Source: Thermoflexus hugenholtzii JAD2 (GTDB taxonomy: Bacteria > Chloroflexota > UBA11872 > UBA12225). Taken from it: a stretch of DNA of 64,000 nt. Location: contig CAMBEO010000004.1 of assembly GCA_945865725.1 (NCBI GenBank), positions 2,016-66,015 of the forward strand, in the 5' to 3' direction. Positions 27,725-35,778 of the stretch are shown here, piece by piece (the first letter of the stretch is position 1; the number at the start of each line of letters is the position of its first letter). A program made the translations under genes and the position numbers. The notes under the pieces were generated by a model, which did no database searches, was not told the origin of the DNA, and saw only the letters and a program-made list of their open reading frames with translations.

Positions 27725-29017
27725 ATGGCAATCTCCGCCCCGGTGAGGCCGGGCGGCGCGGGTCACCCGAGTGGTAACGACGGGGGCACGCGCATCCTGG
27801 GCCTTGCCTGCCGCGAGTGCGGCGCCAAGTACCCGACCAGTCCGGTGCACGTGTGCGACCGCTGCTTCGGCCCGCTCGAGGTGCAGTACGACTATGACCT
27901 GATCGCCGAACGGGTCAGCCGCGAGTCGATCGCGCGCGGCCCCGACAACATCTGGCGCTACCGCGACTTGCTGCCGCTTGACGGCGAGGGGGACGTGGAC
28001 TGGCGCGTGGGGTGGACGCCCCTCGTGCGCGCGACCCGCCTCGGCAAGGCCTTGGGTCTTTCCAACCTCTGGATCAAGAACGACGCGGTCAACCCGACGT
28101 ACTCCTTCAAGGACCGGGTCGTCGCCGTCGCCGCCGCCAAGGCGCGCGAGTTCGGCTTCGACACCTTCGCGTGCGCCTCGACGGGAAATCTCGCGAGCGC
28201 CGTCGCCGCCGCCGGCGTCCGCCTCGGGTTGCGCACCTACGTCTTCCTGCCCGCCGACACCGAACCGGAGAAGTTCGTGAACGCGCAGGTCTACGGCGCG
28301 AACGTCATCGCCGTGAATGGCACCTACGACGACGTCAATCGCCTCTGTTCGGAACTCGCCGACCAGAAAGGGTGGGCGTTCTGCAACATCAACGTCCGCC
28401 CGTACTACTCCGAGGGGTCCAAGACCCTTGCGTTCGAGGTGGCGGAGCAACTCGGTTGGGAGGTGCCTGATCACGTCGTGGTGCCGATCGCCTCGGGTGC
28501 CCAGCTGGTGAAGATCACCAAGGGCTTCGGCGAGCTCGCGCAGATCGGTCTGACCTCCGGCAAGTTGCCGCGCGTCTCCGGCGCGCAGGCGTCGGGATGC
28601 AACCCCGTCGCTAACGCGTACTCCCGCGGGTGGGACGCCATCAAGCCGGTCCGCCGCCCGGACACGATCGCCAAGTCGCTGGCGATCGGAAACCCGGCCG
28701 ACGGCTACTACGTCCTCAAGATCGTCCGCGAGACCGGTGGCGCGATCGACGAGGCGACCGACGCCGAGATCACCCACGGCGTGCGCCTGCTCGCCGAGAC
28801 CGAGGGCATCTTCGCCGAAACGGCGGCCGGCGTAACTATCGCCGTGCTGAAGAAGCTGGCGGCCTCGGGCATCGTCAAGCGCGACGAACGCGTGGTGGCG
28901 TACGTCACCGGCAATGGCCTGAAGACCCCGCAGGCAGTCATTCCGCTGCTTGGCCAGGCGCCGGTGATCGCGCCGAACCTCGACGCCTTCGACGCGTACC
29001 TCACCGGGCAGGCATGA
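27725..29017 (+). CDS. threonine synthase-like PLP enzyme with N-terminal zinc ribbon (candidate MetM-type O-phosphohomoserine-dependent homocysteine synthase)
   Basis: ATG at 27725 follows AGGGGAG. Motifs are the 4-Cys ribbon 'CRECGAKY...CDRCFG', PLP-lysine 'PTYSFKDRVV' and 'ASTGNLA'. Placement behind a SAM riboswitch and in front of a sulfur-carrier gene argues against a plain ThrC role. Confidence 0.75.
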   Translation: MAISAPVRPGGAGHPSGNDGGTRILGLACRECGAKYPTSPVHVCDRCFGPLEVQYDYDLIAERVSRESIARGPDNIWRYRDLLPLDGEGDVDWRVGWTPLVRATRLGKALGLSNLWIKNDAVNPTYSFKDRVVAVAAAKAREFGFDTFACASTGNLASAVAAAGVRLGLRTYVFLPADTEPEKFVNAQVYGANVIAVNGTYDDVNRLCSELADQKGWAFCNINVRPYYSEGSKTLAFEVAEQLGWEVPDHVVVPIASGAQLVKITKGFGELAQIGLTSGKLPRVSGAQASGCNPVANAYSRGWDAIKPVRRPDTIAKSLAIGNPADGYYVLKIVRETGGAIDEATDAEITHGVRLLAETEGIFAETAAGVTIAVLKKLAASGIVKRDERVVAYVTGNGLKTPQAVIPLLGQAPVIAPNLDAFDAYLTGQA

Positions 29018-29061
29018 GCCGCCCGGTACTGCACCCAGACACCTCGGACAGGAGCATCAGA

Positions 29062-29340
29062 ATGGCCGCCAAGGTCCTCATCCCCACGCCCCTGCGCGCC
29101 CTCACGGGCGGCGCCTCGTCAGTGACGGTCGAGGCCGGCACCGTCGGGACGGTCCTTACCGCCCTCGAGACCGCGCACCCGGGCTTTCACGACCGCCTGT
29201 TCGACGACCGCGGCGACCTGCGCCGCTTCGTCAACATTTATGTGAACGGCGAGGACATCCGCTTCCTCGAGGGTCAGGACACGCCGGTCGCCGCTCGCGA
29301 CGAGGTGAGCATCGTCCCGGCCGTCGCCGGCGGCCGCTAG
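29062..29340 (+). CDS. CysO/MoaD/ThiS-type beta-grasp sulfur-carrier protein (MetO-like), C-terminus ...AVAGGR
   Basis: GGACAGGAG RBS upstream; 92 aa. 'KVLIPTPLRALTGG', 'FVNIYVNGEDIRF' and 'IVPAVAGG' closely parallel M. tuberculosis CysO as I recall it. One Arg follows the Gly-Gly. Confidence 0.8.
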   Translation: MAAKVLIPTPLRALTGGASSVTVEAGTVGTVLTALETAHPGFHDRLFDDRGDLRRFVNIYVNGEDIRFLEGQDTPVAARDEVSIVPAVAGGR

Positions 29341-29394
29341 TCGGACGCGGGGGACGACGCGCGTCGAACGCGTGCCGACCCCGCACCCCCTGAC

Positions 29395-29682
29395 CCAGGA
29401 ACCCGTCCGACATTTCGGCGATTCGGTGGGGAAGGTCGGCGACAAGGACCGAAGACCGGGCTGAGCCATGGTCCGCGGGCATCCTTGCCCGCCCTGCCGC
29501 CGCGGGACGATCGCCAAGGCCACGGTCGCCCGGACGGCTGCCAGATGGTGAGCCGGGAACGGCCTTCGTTGCCCCTCCCCGGCGGGCAGGGATGCCCGCG
29601 GACCTGCACCCCGGGGCGCACGCGCCCCTTAACCCGGGCGTACGCCCTGCGGTGTCCCTGCGATTGTCGGACAGCCTCCTAG
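29395..29682 (-). mobile_element. MITE-like element, copy 2 (reverse orientation, ~288 bp, composite)
   Basis: The left end 'CCAGGAACCCGTCCGACATTTCGGCGATTCGGTGGGGAAGGTCGGCGAC' and the right end 'GTCCCTGCGATTGTCGGACAGCCTCCTAG' align to the reverse complement of copies 1 and 3. The centre carries ~140 extra bp, including an inverted pair of a 24-nt hairpin motif. The terminal CTA (29679-29681) is the stop codon of the larE-like gene. Confidence 0.55.
29470..29604. repeat. inverted pair of 24-nt hairpin motif GGCGGGCA(A/G)GGATGCCCGCGGACC
   Basis: 29470-29493 (GGTCCGCGGGCATCCTTGCCCGCC) is the reverse complement, with one mismatch, of 29581-29604 (GGCGGGCAGGGATGCCCGCGGACC). Each unit is itself a 7-bp hairpin, GCGGGCA-NGGA-TGCCCGC. 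Confidence 0.75.
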
Positions 29683-30587
29683 CCTTGGATGACCGGCAGG
29701 AGGCGCCGCGCCGCGGGGATCGCCGGGATGGCGCCGAGGGCCTCGTTCATGCTGCCGCTTCGGTAGCCCTGCAGGTCGAGGGCGACGTGCTTGAAGCCGA
29801 TGGCCTTCAGGCGCGTGGTGATGGCCAGGTTCAGGCCGTCGGCGAAGAAGCGTGCCAGATCCGCGGCCGGCACCTCGATACGCGCCACGTCGCCGTGATG
29901 GCGCACCCGGACCTGCCGGAACCCCGCCTCGTAGAGGGCCATCTCGGCCTGGTCGATCTGCGCAAGCTTCTCCGCCGTGACGCGTTCGCCGTACGGAATG
30001 CGCGACGAGAGGCAGGCGAAGGCCGGCTTGTCCCACGTTTCGAGGCCGAGGTGGCGCGAGATCGCGCGAATCTCCGGCTTGCCGAGGCCCGCCTCAAGAA
30101 GCGGCGCGCGGGCGCCCATCGCCTTCGCGGCTTGCATCCCCGGGCGGAAGTCGCCGACGTCGTCTAGGTTGGCACCGTATGCGACCGTCGCGAGTTCACG
30201 CGCGGCCGCTAGCGGAAAGATGGTGGTGAACAGTTCCTGCTTGCAGTAGTAGCAGCGGTTGGCAGGATTGCTCGCGTAGTTCTCGTCGGCCAACTCGTGC
30301 GTCTCGACGAGGACAAGCTCGACCCCGATGTCGCGCGCCAGGCGCTTCGCCTGCTGCAACTCGTGGGCGGGGTAACTCTCGGACACTGCGGTGGCGGCGA
30401 CGGCGCGGTCACCCAACTCGTCGACGCAGACCTTGAGGAGGAGGGTGCTGTCGACGCCGGCCGAGAAGGCGACGAGTGTGCTGCCAAGGTCGCGACAGGC
30501 GGCGCGCAGGCGGTCGTAGGCGGCGCGTTCTCCGGCGGTGAGCGCGGGGGCGTCGGCAGGTGCGTCGATGGTCGTCGTCATGATCAT
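29679..30587 (-). CDS. LarE-family (TIGR00268-like) PP-loop ATP pyrophosphatase / sulfur transferase
   Basis: PP-loop 'VAFSAGVDS', 'NRCYYCK' and 'FACLSSRIPYGE'. Start taken at ATG 30587 ('MIMTTTID'); 30581 and 30626 are alternatives and no clear RBS is present. Confidence 0.7.
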   Translation of the reverse strand: MIMTTTIDAPADAPALTAGERAAYDRLRAACRDLGSTLVAFSAGVDSTLLLKVCVDELGDRAVAATAVSESYPAHELQQAKRLARDIGVELVLVETHELADENYASNPANRCYYCKQELFTTIFPLAAARELATVAYGANLDDVGDFRPGMQAAKAMGARAPLLEAGLGKPEIRAISRHLGLETWDKPAFACLSSRIPYGERVTAEKLAQIDQAEMALYEAGFRQVRVRHHGDVARIEVPAADLARFFADGLNLAITTRLKAIGFKHVALDLQGYRSGSMNEALGAIPAIPAARRLLPVIQG

Positions 30588-30734
30588 GGCAATCGTACCC
30601 GCGTGGTTCCGTGGCGGGCCTGCCATCTCGGCCGGCGGGACGTCGGCGATCCCAGTCCCCACCCGCTCCGGAGCGGTGGTTCACCCACCCTTATGGTGCG
30701 CCGTACGGCGATTCGTCCGTCACCCCCCCACCCC

Positions 30735-30758
30735 AGCGGGCAAGGATGCCCGCGGACC
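30735..30758 (+). repeat. third copy of the GCGGGCA-AGGA-TGCCCGC-GGACC hairpin motif
   Basis: AGCGGGCAAGGATGCCCGCGGACC is in the same orientation as 29581-29604. The neighbouring 'GGCGATTCG' also recurs in element copy 2. Confidence 0.7.
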
Positions 30759-30814
30759 AACCCCACCCCGCCTCGGCGCGTCACTGCTACGGTTCCCATC
30801 ACAAGGAGTCTTCC

Positions 30815-32362
30815 GTGCCAGATGCCCGCCACGATGCCCCGCCTGAACTCGATGAGCTGACCCGGCGCCTCGCCACCGTCCATGACTTGCGCGCCGCGAG
30901 CGCCGTCCTCGGGTGGGACCAGATGACCTACCTGCCCCCCAAGGGCGGCGCGGCCCGCGGGCGCCACCTCGCCACCCTTTCGCGCCTCGCTCACGAGCAG
31001 TTCACCGACGACCGCGTCGGCGCCCTCCTCGATGCCCTCCGCCCCTACGCGTCATCATTGCCCGCGGACCATCCCGCCACCGCCCTCGTCCGCGTCGCGC
31101 GCCACGACTGGGAGAAGGCGGTGCGCGTGCCCGGCGCCTTCATGGCCGCCTTTACCGAACACTGTTCCGCTTCGTACCAGGCGTGGGCGACCGCCCGGCC
31201 CGCCAACGACTTCGCGGGCATCGCCCCCGTCCTCGAACGCACCGTCGAGATGAGCCGCGAGTACGCCGCCTTCTTCCCGGCTACAGCACACGTCGCCGAC
31301 GCATTCGTCGACGAGGCCGAACCGGGCTTGGACGTCGCCGCCGTGCAGGCCCTGTTCGCCTCCTTGCGCGCCCGCCTCGTACCCCTGGTGCGCGAAGTCG
31401 TCGCCCGGCCCCGTCCGGACGATTCGTGCCTAACCCGGGGCTACCCCGAGGACGCGCAGTGGCGCTTCGGCGAGATGGTCGCCCGGCGCCTCGGCTACGA
31501 CTTCGACCGCGGCCGGCAGGATCGCGCGCCGCACCCGTTCACCACCAGTTTCTCGCGCGACGACGTGCGCATTACGACTCGCCTCTCGCACGACGACTTG
31601 CGCTTCGGCCTCTTCGCGACGATGCACGAGGCCGGCCACGGCATGTACGAACAAGGAATCGCGCCTGGTCTCGACGGCACCCTCCTCGGCAGTGGCGCCT
31701 CGTCGGGCATCCACGAGAGCCAGTCGCGGCTCTGGGAGAACGTGGTCGGGCGCAGTCGGGGCTTCTGGGAGTGGGGCTATCCGCTCTTGCGCGCCGAGTT
31801 CCCGGATCAGTTGGGCGACGTGACCCTCGATACCTTCCACCGCGCGGTCAACCGCGTCGAACCGTCACTGATCCGCGTCGAGGCGGACGAGTTGACGTAC
31901 AACCTGCACATCATGATGCGCTTCGACTTCGAACTCGCGTTGCTGGACGGGTCGATGCGCGTGGCCGACCTGCCCGAGGCGTGGCGCGCGCGCTTCATCT
32001 CCGACCTCGGCATCGCGCCCCCCGACGACCGCGACGGGTGCCTGCAGGACGTGCACTGGTTCGCCGGGCCGGTCGGGGGCGCCTTCCAGGGCTACACGAT
32101 CGGAAACGTCTTCGCGGCGCAAGCGTACGACCGTGCGATCCGCGACCTGCCGTCCATTCCTTCCGACGTCGCGCAGGGAGAGTTCGCCCCCCTGCTTGGG
32201 TGGATGCACGCGAACCTGCACGCCCTCGGCCGGATGTTCGACGTGAACGAGACGGTCGTGCGCGCGACCGGCGCGCCGCTCTCGATCGAACCGTACGTGG
32301 CGTACCTCGAGCGGAAATTCAGGGGCCTGTACGGGAGCGGATCAGACACCCCTCTCCCGTGA
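30815..32362 (+). CDS. M32 carboxypeptidase (carboxypeptidase Taq family)
   Basis: GTG at 30815 lies 6 nt after AAGGAG. Motifs are 'HEAGHGMYEQG' (HExxH), 'HESQSRLWEN' and 'IRVEADELTYNLHI'. The 515-aa length is typical. Confidence 0.85.
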   Translation: MPDARHDAPPELDELTRRLATVHDLRAASAVLGWDQMTYLPPKGGAARGRHLATLSRLAHEQFTDDRVGALLDALRPYASSLPADHPATALVRVARHDWEKAVRVPGAFMAAFTEHCSASYQAWATARPANDFAGIAPVLERTVEMSREYAAFFPATAHVADAFVDEAEPGLDVAAVQALFASLRARLVPLVREVVARPRPDDSCLTRGYPEDAQWRFGEMVARRLGYDFDRGRQDRAPHPFTTSFSRDDVRITTRLSHDDLRFGLFATMHEAGHGMYEQGIAPGLDGTLLGSGASSGIHESQSRLWENVVGRSRGFWEWGYPLLRAEFPDQLGDVTLDTFHRAVNRVEPSLIRVEADELTYNLHIMMRFDFELALLDGSMRVADLPEAWRARFISDLGIAPPDDRDGCLQDVHWFAGPVGGAFQGYTIGNVFAAQAYDRAIRDLPSIPSDVAQGEFAPLLGWMHANLHALGRMFDVNETVVRATGAPLSIEPYVAYLERKFRGLYGSGSDTPLP

Positions 32363-32455
32363 AACGGGGGAGGGGCAAGGGGTGGGGGTCTCGTCTCCCC
32401 GCGGGCTTCATACCCCCACCCTCAGTCCCTCCCCCGCTGAGGCGGGAGAGGGAAG
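32349..32455. repeat. palindromic repeats at a convergent junction (hairpin over the M32 stop, plus REP-like unit)
   Basis: 32349-32375 is CCCCTCTCCC-GTGAAAC-GGGGGAGGGG and includes the TGA at 32360-32362. 32414-32455 'CCCCCACCCTCAGTCCCTCCCCCGCTGAGGCGGGAGAGGGAAG' matches the units at 14010-14101. Confidence 0.75.
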
Positions 32456-32466
32456 CACAAACTCCC

Positions 32467-32892
32467 CTACCTCGACTCGTCGATGACCAACGGCACCACA
32501 TTCACTTGAGGCGGGACGATGCGGTACGCGTGGAACTCCGGGCCGGTGCCCCCTGGGACGTCCTGGCGCAGGCTGACCATCAGCTGGAGCGCCCCCGGCC
32601 AGAGTTCCGCGAAGCCGATGTCGGTGGCCGACGGGTACGCCACTGACACCGGGTGCGAGTGGTAGAAGCCGACGTCGTGACCTTCACGCTCGACCTCGAC
32701 GACTCGCATCAGGTCGCGCGAGTCGATCTCGAAGCGGTTGCGCGGCGTCGCGGCGGCGTTCCGCGTCGGCATGACCCGCACGACCTCACCCTCGCGCACC
32801 GCCACCACGCCGCACACCTCGTCGGGCGCGCCGGCGCGGGCGTGGGCCACGATCGCATCGATCTGCGACCGGGCGATCGACACGGTCTCCAT
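32467..32892 (-). CDS. JAMM/Mov34 (Mec+-like) metalloprotease
   Basis: 141 aa. The Glu in 'DEVCGVV' and the JAMM motif 'HSHPVSVAYPSATD' are present. Confidence 0.85.
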   Translation of the reverse strand: METVSIARSQIDAIVAHARAGAPDEVCGVVAVREGEVVRVMPTRNAAATPRNRFEIDSRDLMRVVEVEREGHDVGFYHSHPVSVAYPSATDIGFAELWPGALQLMVSLRQDVPGGTGPEFHAYRIVPPQVNVVPLVIDESR

Positions 32893-32940
32893 TGATAGCC
32901 GGGGTGCCCGCCGCGGTCAGACGGCGGGCACCATCTCCAC

Positions 32941-34056
32941 TTAGTGGACCGCGACGCGGTCGCGCTGATCGGCGAGTTCGGCCGGGATCGGTGCGCCGCA
33001 GAACTCGTGATAGTCGATTAGTTCGGTAATCGTCGGGTGGTCGCCACAGACCGGGCACCCCTTGTCGCGCCGCAACTTCAGGGTGCGGAACTCCATCGAT
33101 AGGGCGTCGAAGAGGAGAAGGCGCCCGACCAACGGATCGCCGATGCCCAAGATCTGCTTGATCGTCTCGAGGGCCTGCATCGACCCGACGATGCCCGGCA
33201 ACACGCCAAGCACGCCGGCCTCGGCACAACTCGGCACCGCACCGGGCGGCGGGGGCGCCGGGTAGAGGCAGCGGTAGCACCCGTGGCCCGGCTTGTAGAC
33301 CGTCACTTGCCCTTCGAACTGGTTGATGCCTCCGTCGATCAGGGTCTTGCCTAGAAGCACGGCGGCGTCGTTCGCCAGGTAGCGCGCGGGGAAGTTATCC
33401 ACGCCGTTGAGAACGTAGTCGTACTCGCGGAACAACTCGAACGCATTGCTCGAGTCGAGGATGGCGTTGTGCGCTTCGACCTTGACGTTCGGGTTGAGCA
33501 TCCCGATCGTCTGCTTGGCGCTCTCGACCTTGAGGTCGCCAACGCGGTCGGTGAAGTGCAACACCTGGCGTTGGAGGTTGGAATGGTCGACGACGTCGAA
33601 GTCGATGAGGCCAAGCGTACCGACCCCCGCCGCCGCGAGGTACAGGCCGGCAGGCGAACCAAGGCCCCCGGCGCCGATCAGGAGGACGCGGGCGTTCTTC
33701 AGCTTTCGCTGGCCGGACGGGCCGACGTCCTGCAGGAGGAAGTGGCGGCTGTAGCGCTTCACCTCCTCTATCGTGAACGCGCTGCCCCCGGCGACGGCCG
33801 GGATGATGCTGACGTCGTCGCCACCCTTCAGGGCGGTCGCCTCGCCGTCAAGCGCGGAGATCTCCTCGCTGTTGACGTACACGTTGATGAACTGGTGCAG
33901 CACGCCTTGCTCGTCGCGCAGGCGGTCGCGCATGCCGGGGAACCGCGCCTCGAGGTCCCCGAGGAGGCCCTTCACGTCGCCCGCCTCCGTCTCGACCCGC
34001 GACTGCCCGCCAGTCAAGGCACGGAAGGGTGTCGGGATATACACCTTTACGCTCAT
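32941..34056 (-). CDS. CysO-type sulfur carrier fused to MoeB/ThiF-type E1 adenylyltransferase
   Basis: aa 1-91 are 'MSVKVYIPTPFRALTGGQ...FINVYVNSEEI...IIPAVAGG', and the sequence then runs directly into 'SAFTIEEVKRYSRHFLL...LLIGAGGLGSP', 'CYRC' and 'CPVCG'. The Gly-Gly junction codon 91 is 33784-33786. There is no rhodanese domain; only ~280 aa follow the junction. Confidence 0.85.
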   Translation of the reverse strand: MSVKVYIPTPFRALTGGQSRVETEAGDVKGLLGDLEARFPGMRDRLRDEQGVLHQFINVYVNSEEISALDGEATALKGGDDVSIIPAVAGGSAFTIEEVKRYSRHFLLQDVGPSGQRKLKNARVLLIGAGGLGSPAGLYLAAAGVGTLGLIDFDVVDHSNLQRQVLHFTDRVGDLKVESAKQTIGMLNPNVKVEAHNAILDSSNAFELFREYDYVLNGVDNFPARYLANDAAVLLGKTLIDGGINQFEGQVTVYKPGHGCYRCLYPAPPPPGAVPSCAEAGVLGVLPGIVGSMQALETIKQILGIGDPLVGRLLLFDALSMEFRTLKLRRDKGCPVCGDHPTITELIDYHEFCGAPIPAELADQRDRVAVH

Positions 34057-34130
34057 CGTTCGTCACTCCTCCGGCCGGGACGCGCCCGCACCGCCAGTGC
34101 TCGCCCGTCCAGGGCAAGCGCCGCTCGTTC

Positions 34131-35078
34131 TCAGGGGAACTGCACGCTCAAGTACCGCTCGCCGGTGTCGCACAGGATCGTGACGACGGTCGCTTCCGGC
34201 GGCATCGTGGCCGCGAGGGCGACGGCGGCGTGAACGTTCGCGCCGGAACTCACGCCGACGAGGAGGCCTTCCTCGCGCGCCAGGCGTCCGGCCATCAACA
34301 ATGCGGCTTCGTCGGTGACCGCCACGACCTCGTCGACGACGTCCCGGTCGAAGATGCCGGGAACGAAGCTCGCGCCGATGCCCTGGATGGCGTGGGGCCG
34401 GAAGCGGCCGCCGGCAAGCACGGGCGATCGTGCGGGCTCGACGGCGACGATGCGTACCGCGGCGCCGAGGGCCTCGCGAAGCGCGTGACCCACCCCGGTG
34501 ACCGTCCCCCCGGTTCCAACGCCGGCCACGAAGGCATCCACCTTGCCCCCGGTGTCGGCAAGGATTTCCGGGCCGGTCGTCTGGCGGTGGATCTCCGGGT
34601 TCGCGGGATTGTCGAACTGAAGGGGCATGAAGGCGCCAAGCTCGCGGGAAAGTTCCTGGGCAAGCCACACGGCGCCGCCCATGCCCTCGATCGCCGGGGT
34701 GAGGCGGACCTCGGCTCCGAGGCGCTCGAGGAGGCGCCGGCGCTCGACGCTCATGTCCTCGGGCATGGTGAGGATGAGCGCGTAGCCCCGGATGGCACAG
34801 ACCACGGCGAGGCCGACGCCCGTGTTGCCGCTCGTCGGTTCGACGATGGTGGCGCCAGGGCCGATCACGCCGCGTCGCTCGGCGTCATCGACCATGGCCA
34901 GGGCGATGCGATCCTTGACGCTTCCGCCGGGGTTTCGGGCCTCGAACTTGCCGAGGACCGTCGCCCCTCCGGCAGTGACGACGCGGTTGAGGCGCACGAG
35001 CGGCGTGCGCCCGATCAAGTCAAGGGCCGACAGCGCGACCGGACGCGGTGCGGGTGCCTGCCTCGGTGTCGATCCCAT
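34131..35078 (-). CDS. cysteine synthase (CysK/CysM family, PLP-dependent)
   Basis: 'LIGRTPLVRLNRV', PLP lysine 'NPGGSVKDRIAL' and 'EPTSGNTGVGLA'. The context suggests CysM-like use of a carrier thiocarboxylate. Confidence 0.85.
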   Translation of the reverse strand: MGSTPRQAPAPRPVALSALDLIGRTPLVRLNRVVTAGGATVLGKFEARNPGGSVKDRIALAMVDDAERRGVIGPGATIVEPTSGNTGVGLAVVCAIRGYALILTMPEDMSVERRRLLERLGAEVRLTPAIEGMGGAVWLAQELSRELGAFMPLQFDNPANPEIHRQTTGPEILADTGGKVDAFVAGVGTGGTVTGVGHALREALGAAVRIVAVEPARSPVLAGGRFRPHAIQGIGASFVPGIFDRDVVDEVVAVTDEAALLMAGRLAREEGLLVGVSSGANVHAAVALAATMPPEATVVTILCDTGERYLSVQFP

Positions 35079-35088
35079 CCCGCACGTC

Positions 35089-35550
35089 CTAGATGTAGTA
35101 CCGCGCCGGCGCGGTCAGGTCTCGCTGGCGCGCGAGGAGGTCGGCCACGGTCGTCGCGTCGAGGATGCGGTGCACGGCCGCGCGCACTTCCTCCCACACT
35201 TCCTGTTGCACCCGGACCGCGGGAGCAACCGCGGCCCCGTCGATGGGCGCGCCTGCCCGCCCGCGCCCGTCAGGGACCGGGGGAAGGAAGGCGTCTCCCT
35301 CGACCGCCTCGATGATCGCACGCATGGTCACCCGTTCCGGTGGGCGGGCGAGGACGTGCCCTCCGCGCGGCCCGCGGGTGCTGTTCACGATCCCCGCGCG
35401 CCGCAGGAGGGTCAAGACCTGGTCAAGGAAGGTGTCCGAAATGCCTTGGCGGCGCGCGATTGCCTCGCTCGGCACCGGACCCTGCCCGATGCGTTCCGCG
35501 AGGTCAATGATCGCGCGGACCCCGTAGTCCGACCGTGCCGAGAGACGCAT
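35089..35550 (-). CDS. Rrf2 family transcriptional regulator
   Basis: 'MRLSARSDYGVRAIIDLA' and the wHTH 'SEAIARRQGISDTFLDQVLTLLRRAGIV'. It ends 10 nt upstream of the cysteine synthase start. Confidence 0.85.
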   Translation of the reverse strand: MRLSARSDYGVRAIIDLAERIGQGPVPSEAIARRQGISDTFLDQVLTLLRRAGIVNSTRGPRGGHVLARPPERVTMRAIIEAVEGDAFLPPVPDGRGRAGAPIDGAAVAPAVRVQQEVWEEVRAAVHRILDATTVADLLARQRDLTAPARYYI

Positions 35551-35778
35551 CGTTTATCGATGAAGTGACGTTCCCGCAAGCGTAACACGCGGGGGTGGGG
35601 CGGCCCCGTCGGCACGGCGGTGCCATGCGGGTAGGCGCCAGTCACCAGTGAACGCGCCGTCGCCCGGCCACATCCCGGTTCGGCCCGCGGCGAGGCACGG
35701 ACGAGGTCGCCATGGGCGACAATCGGCGCGGGCTGGCCACCGTGCCTTGCCACGCCGGGTCGCGAGGGAGGGGCAGCG

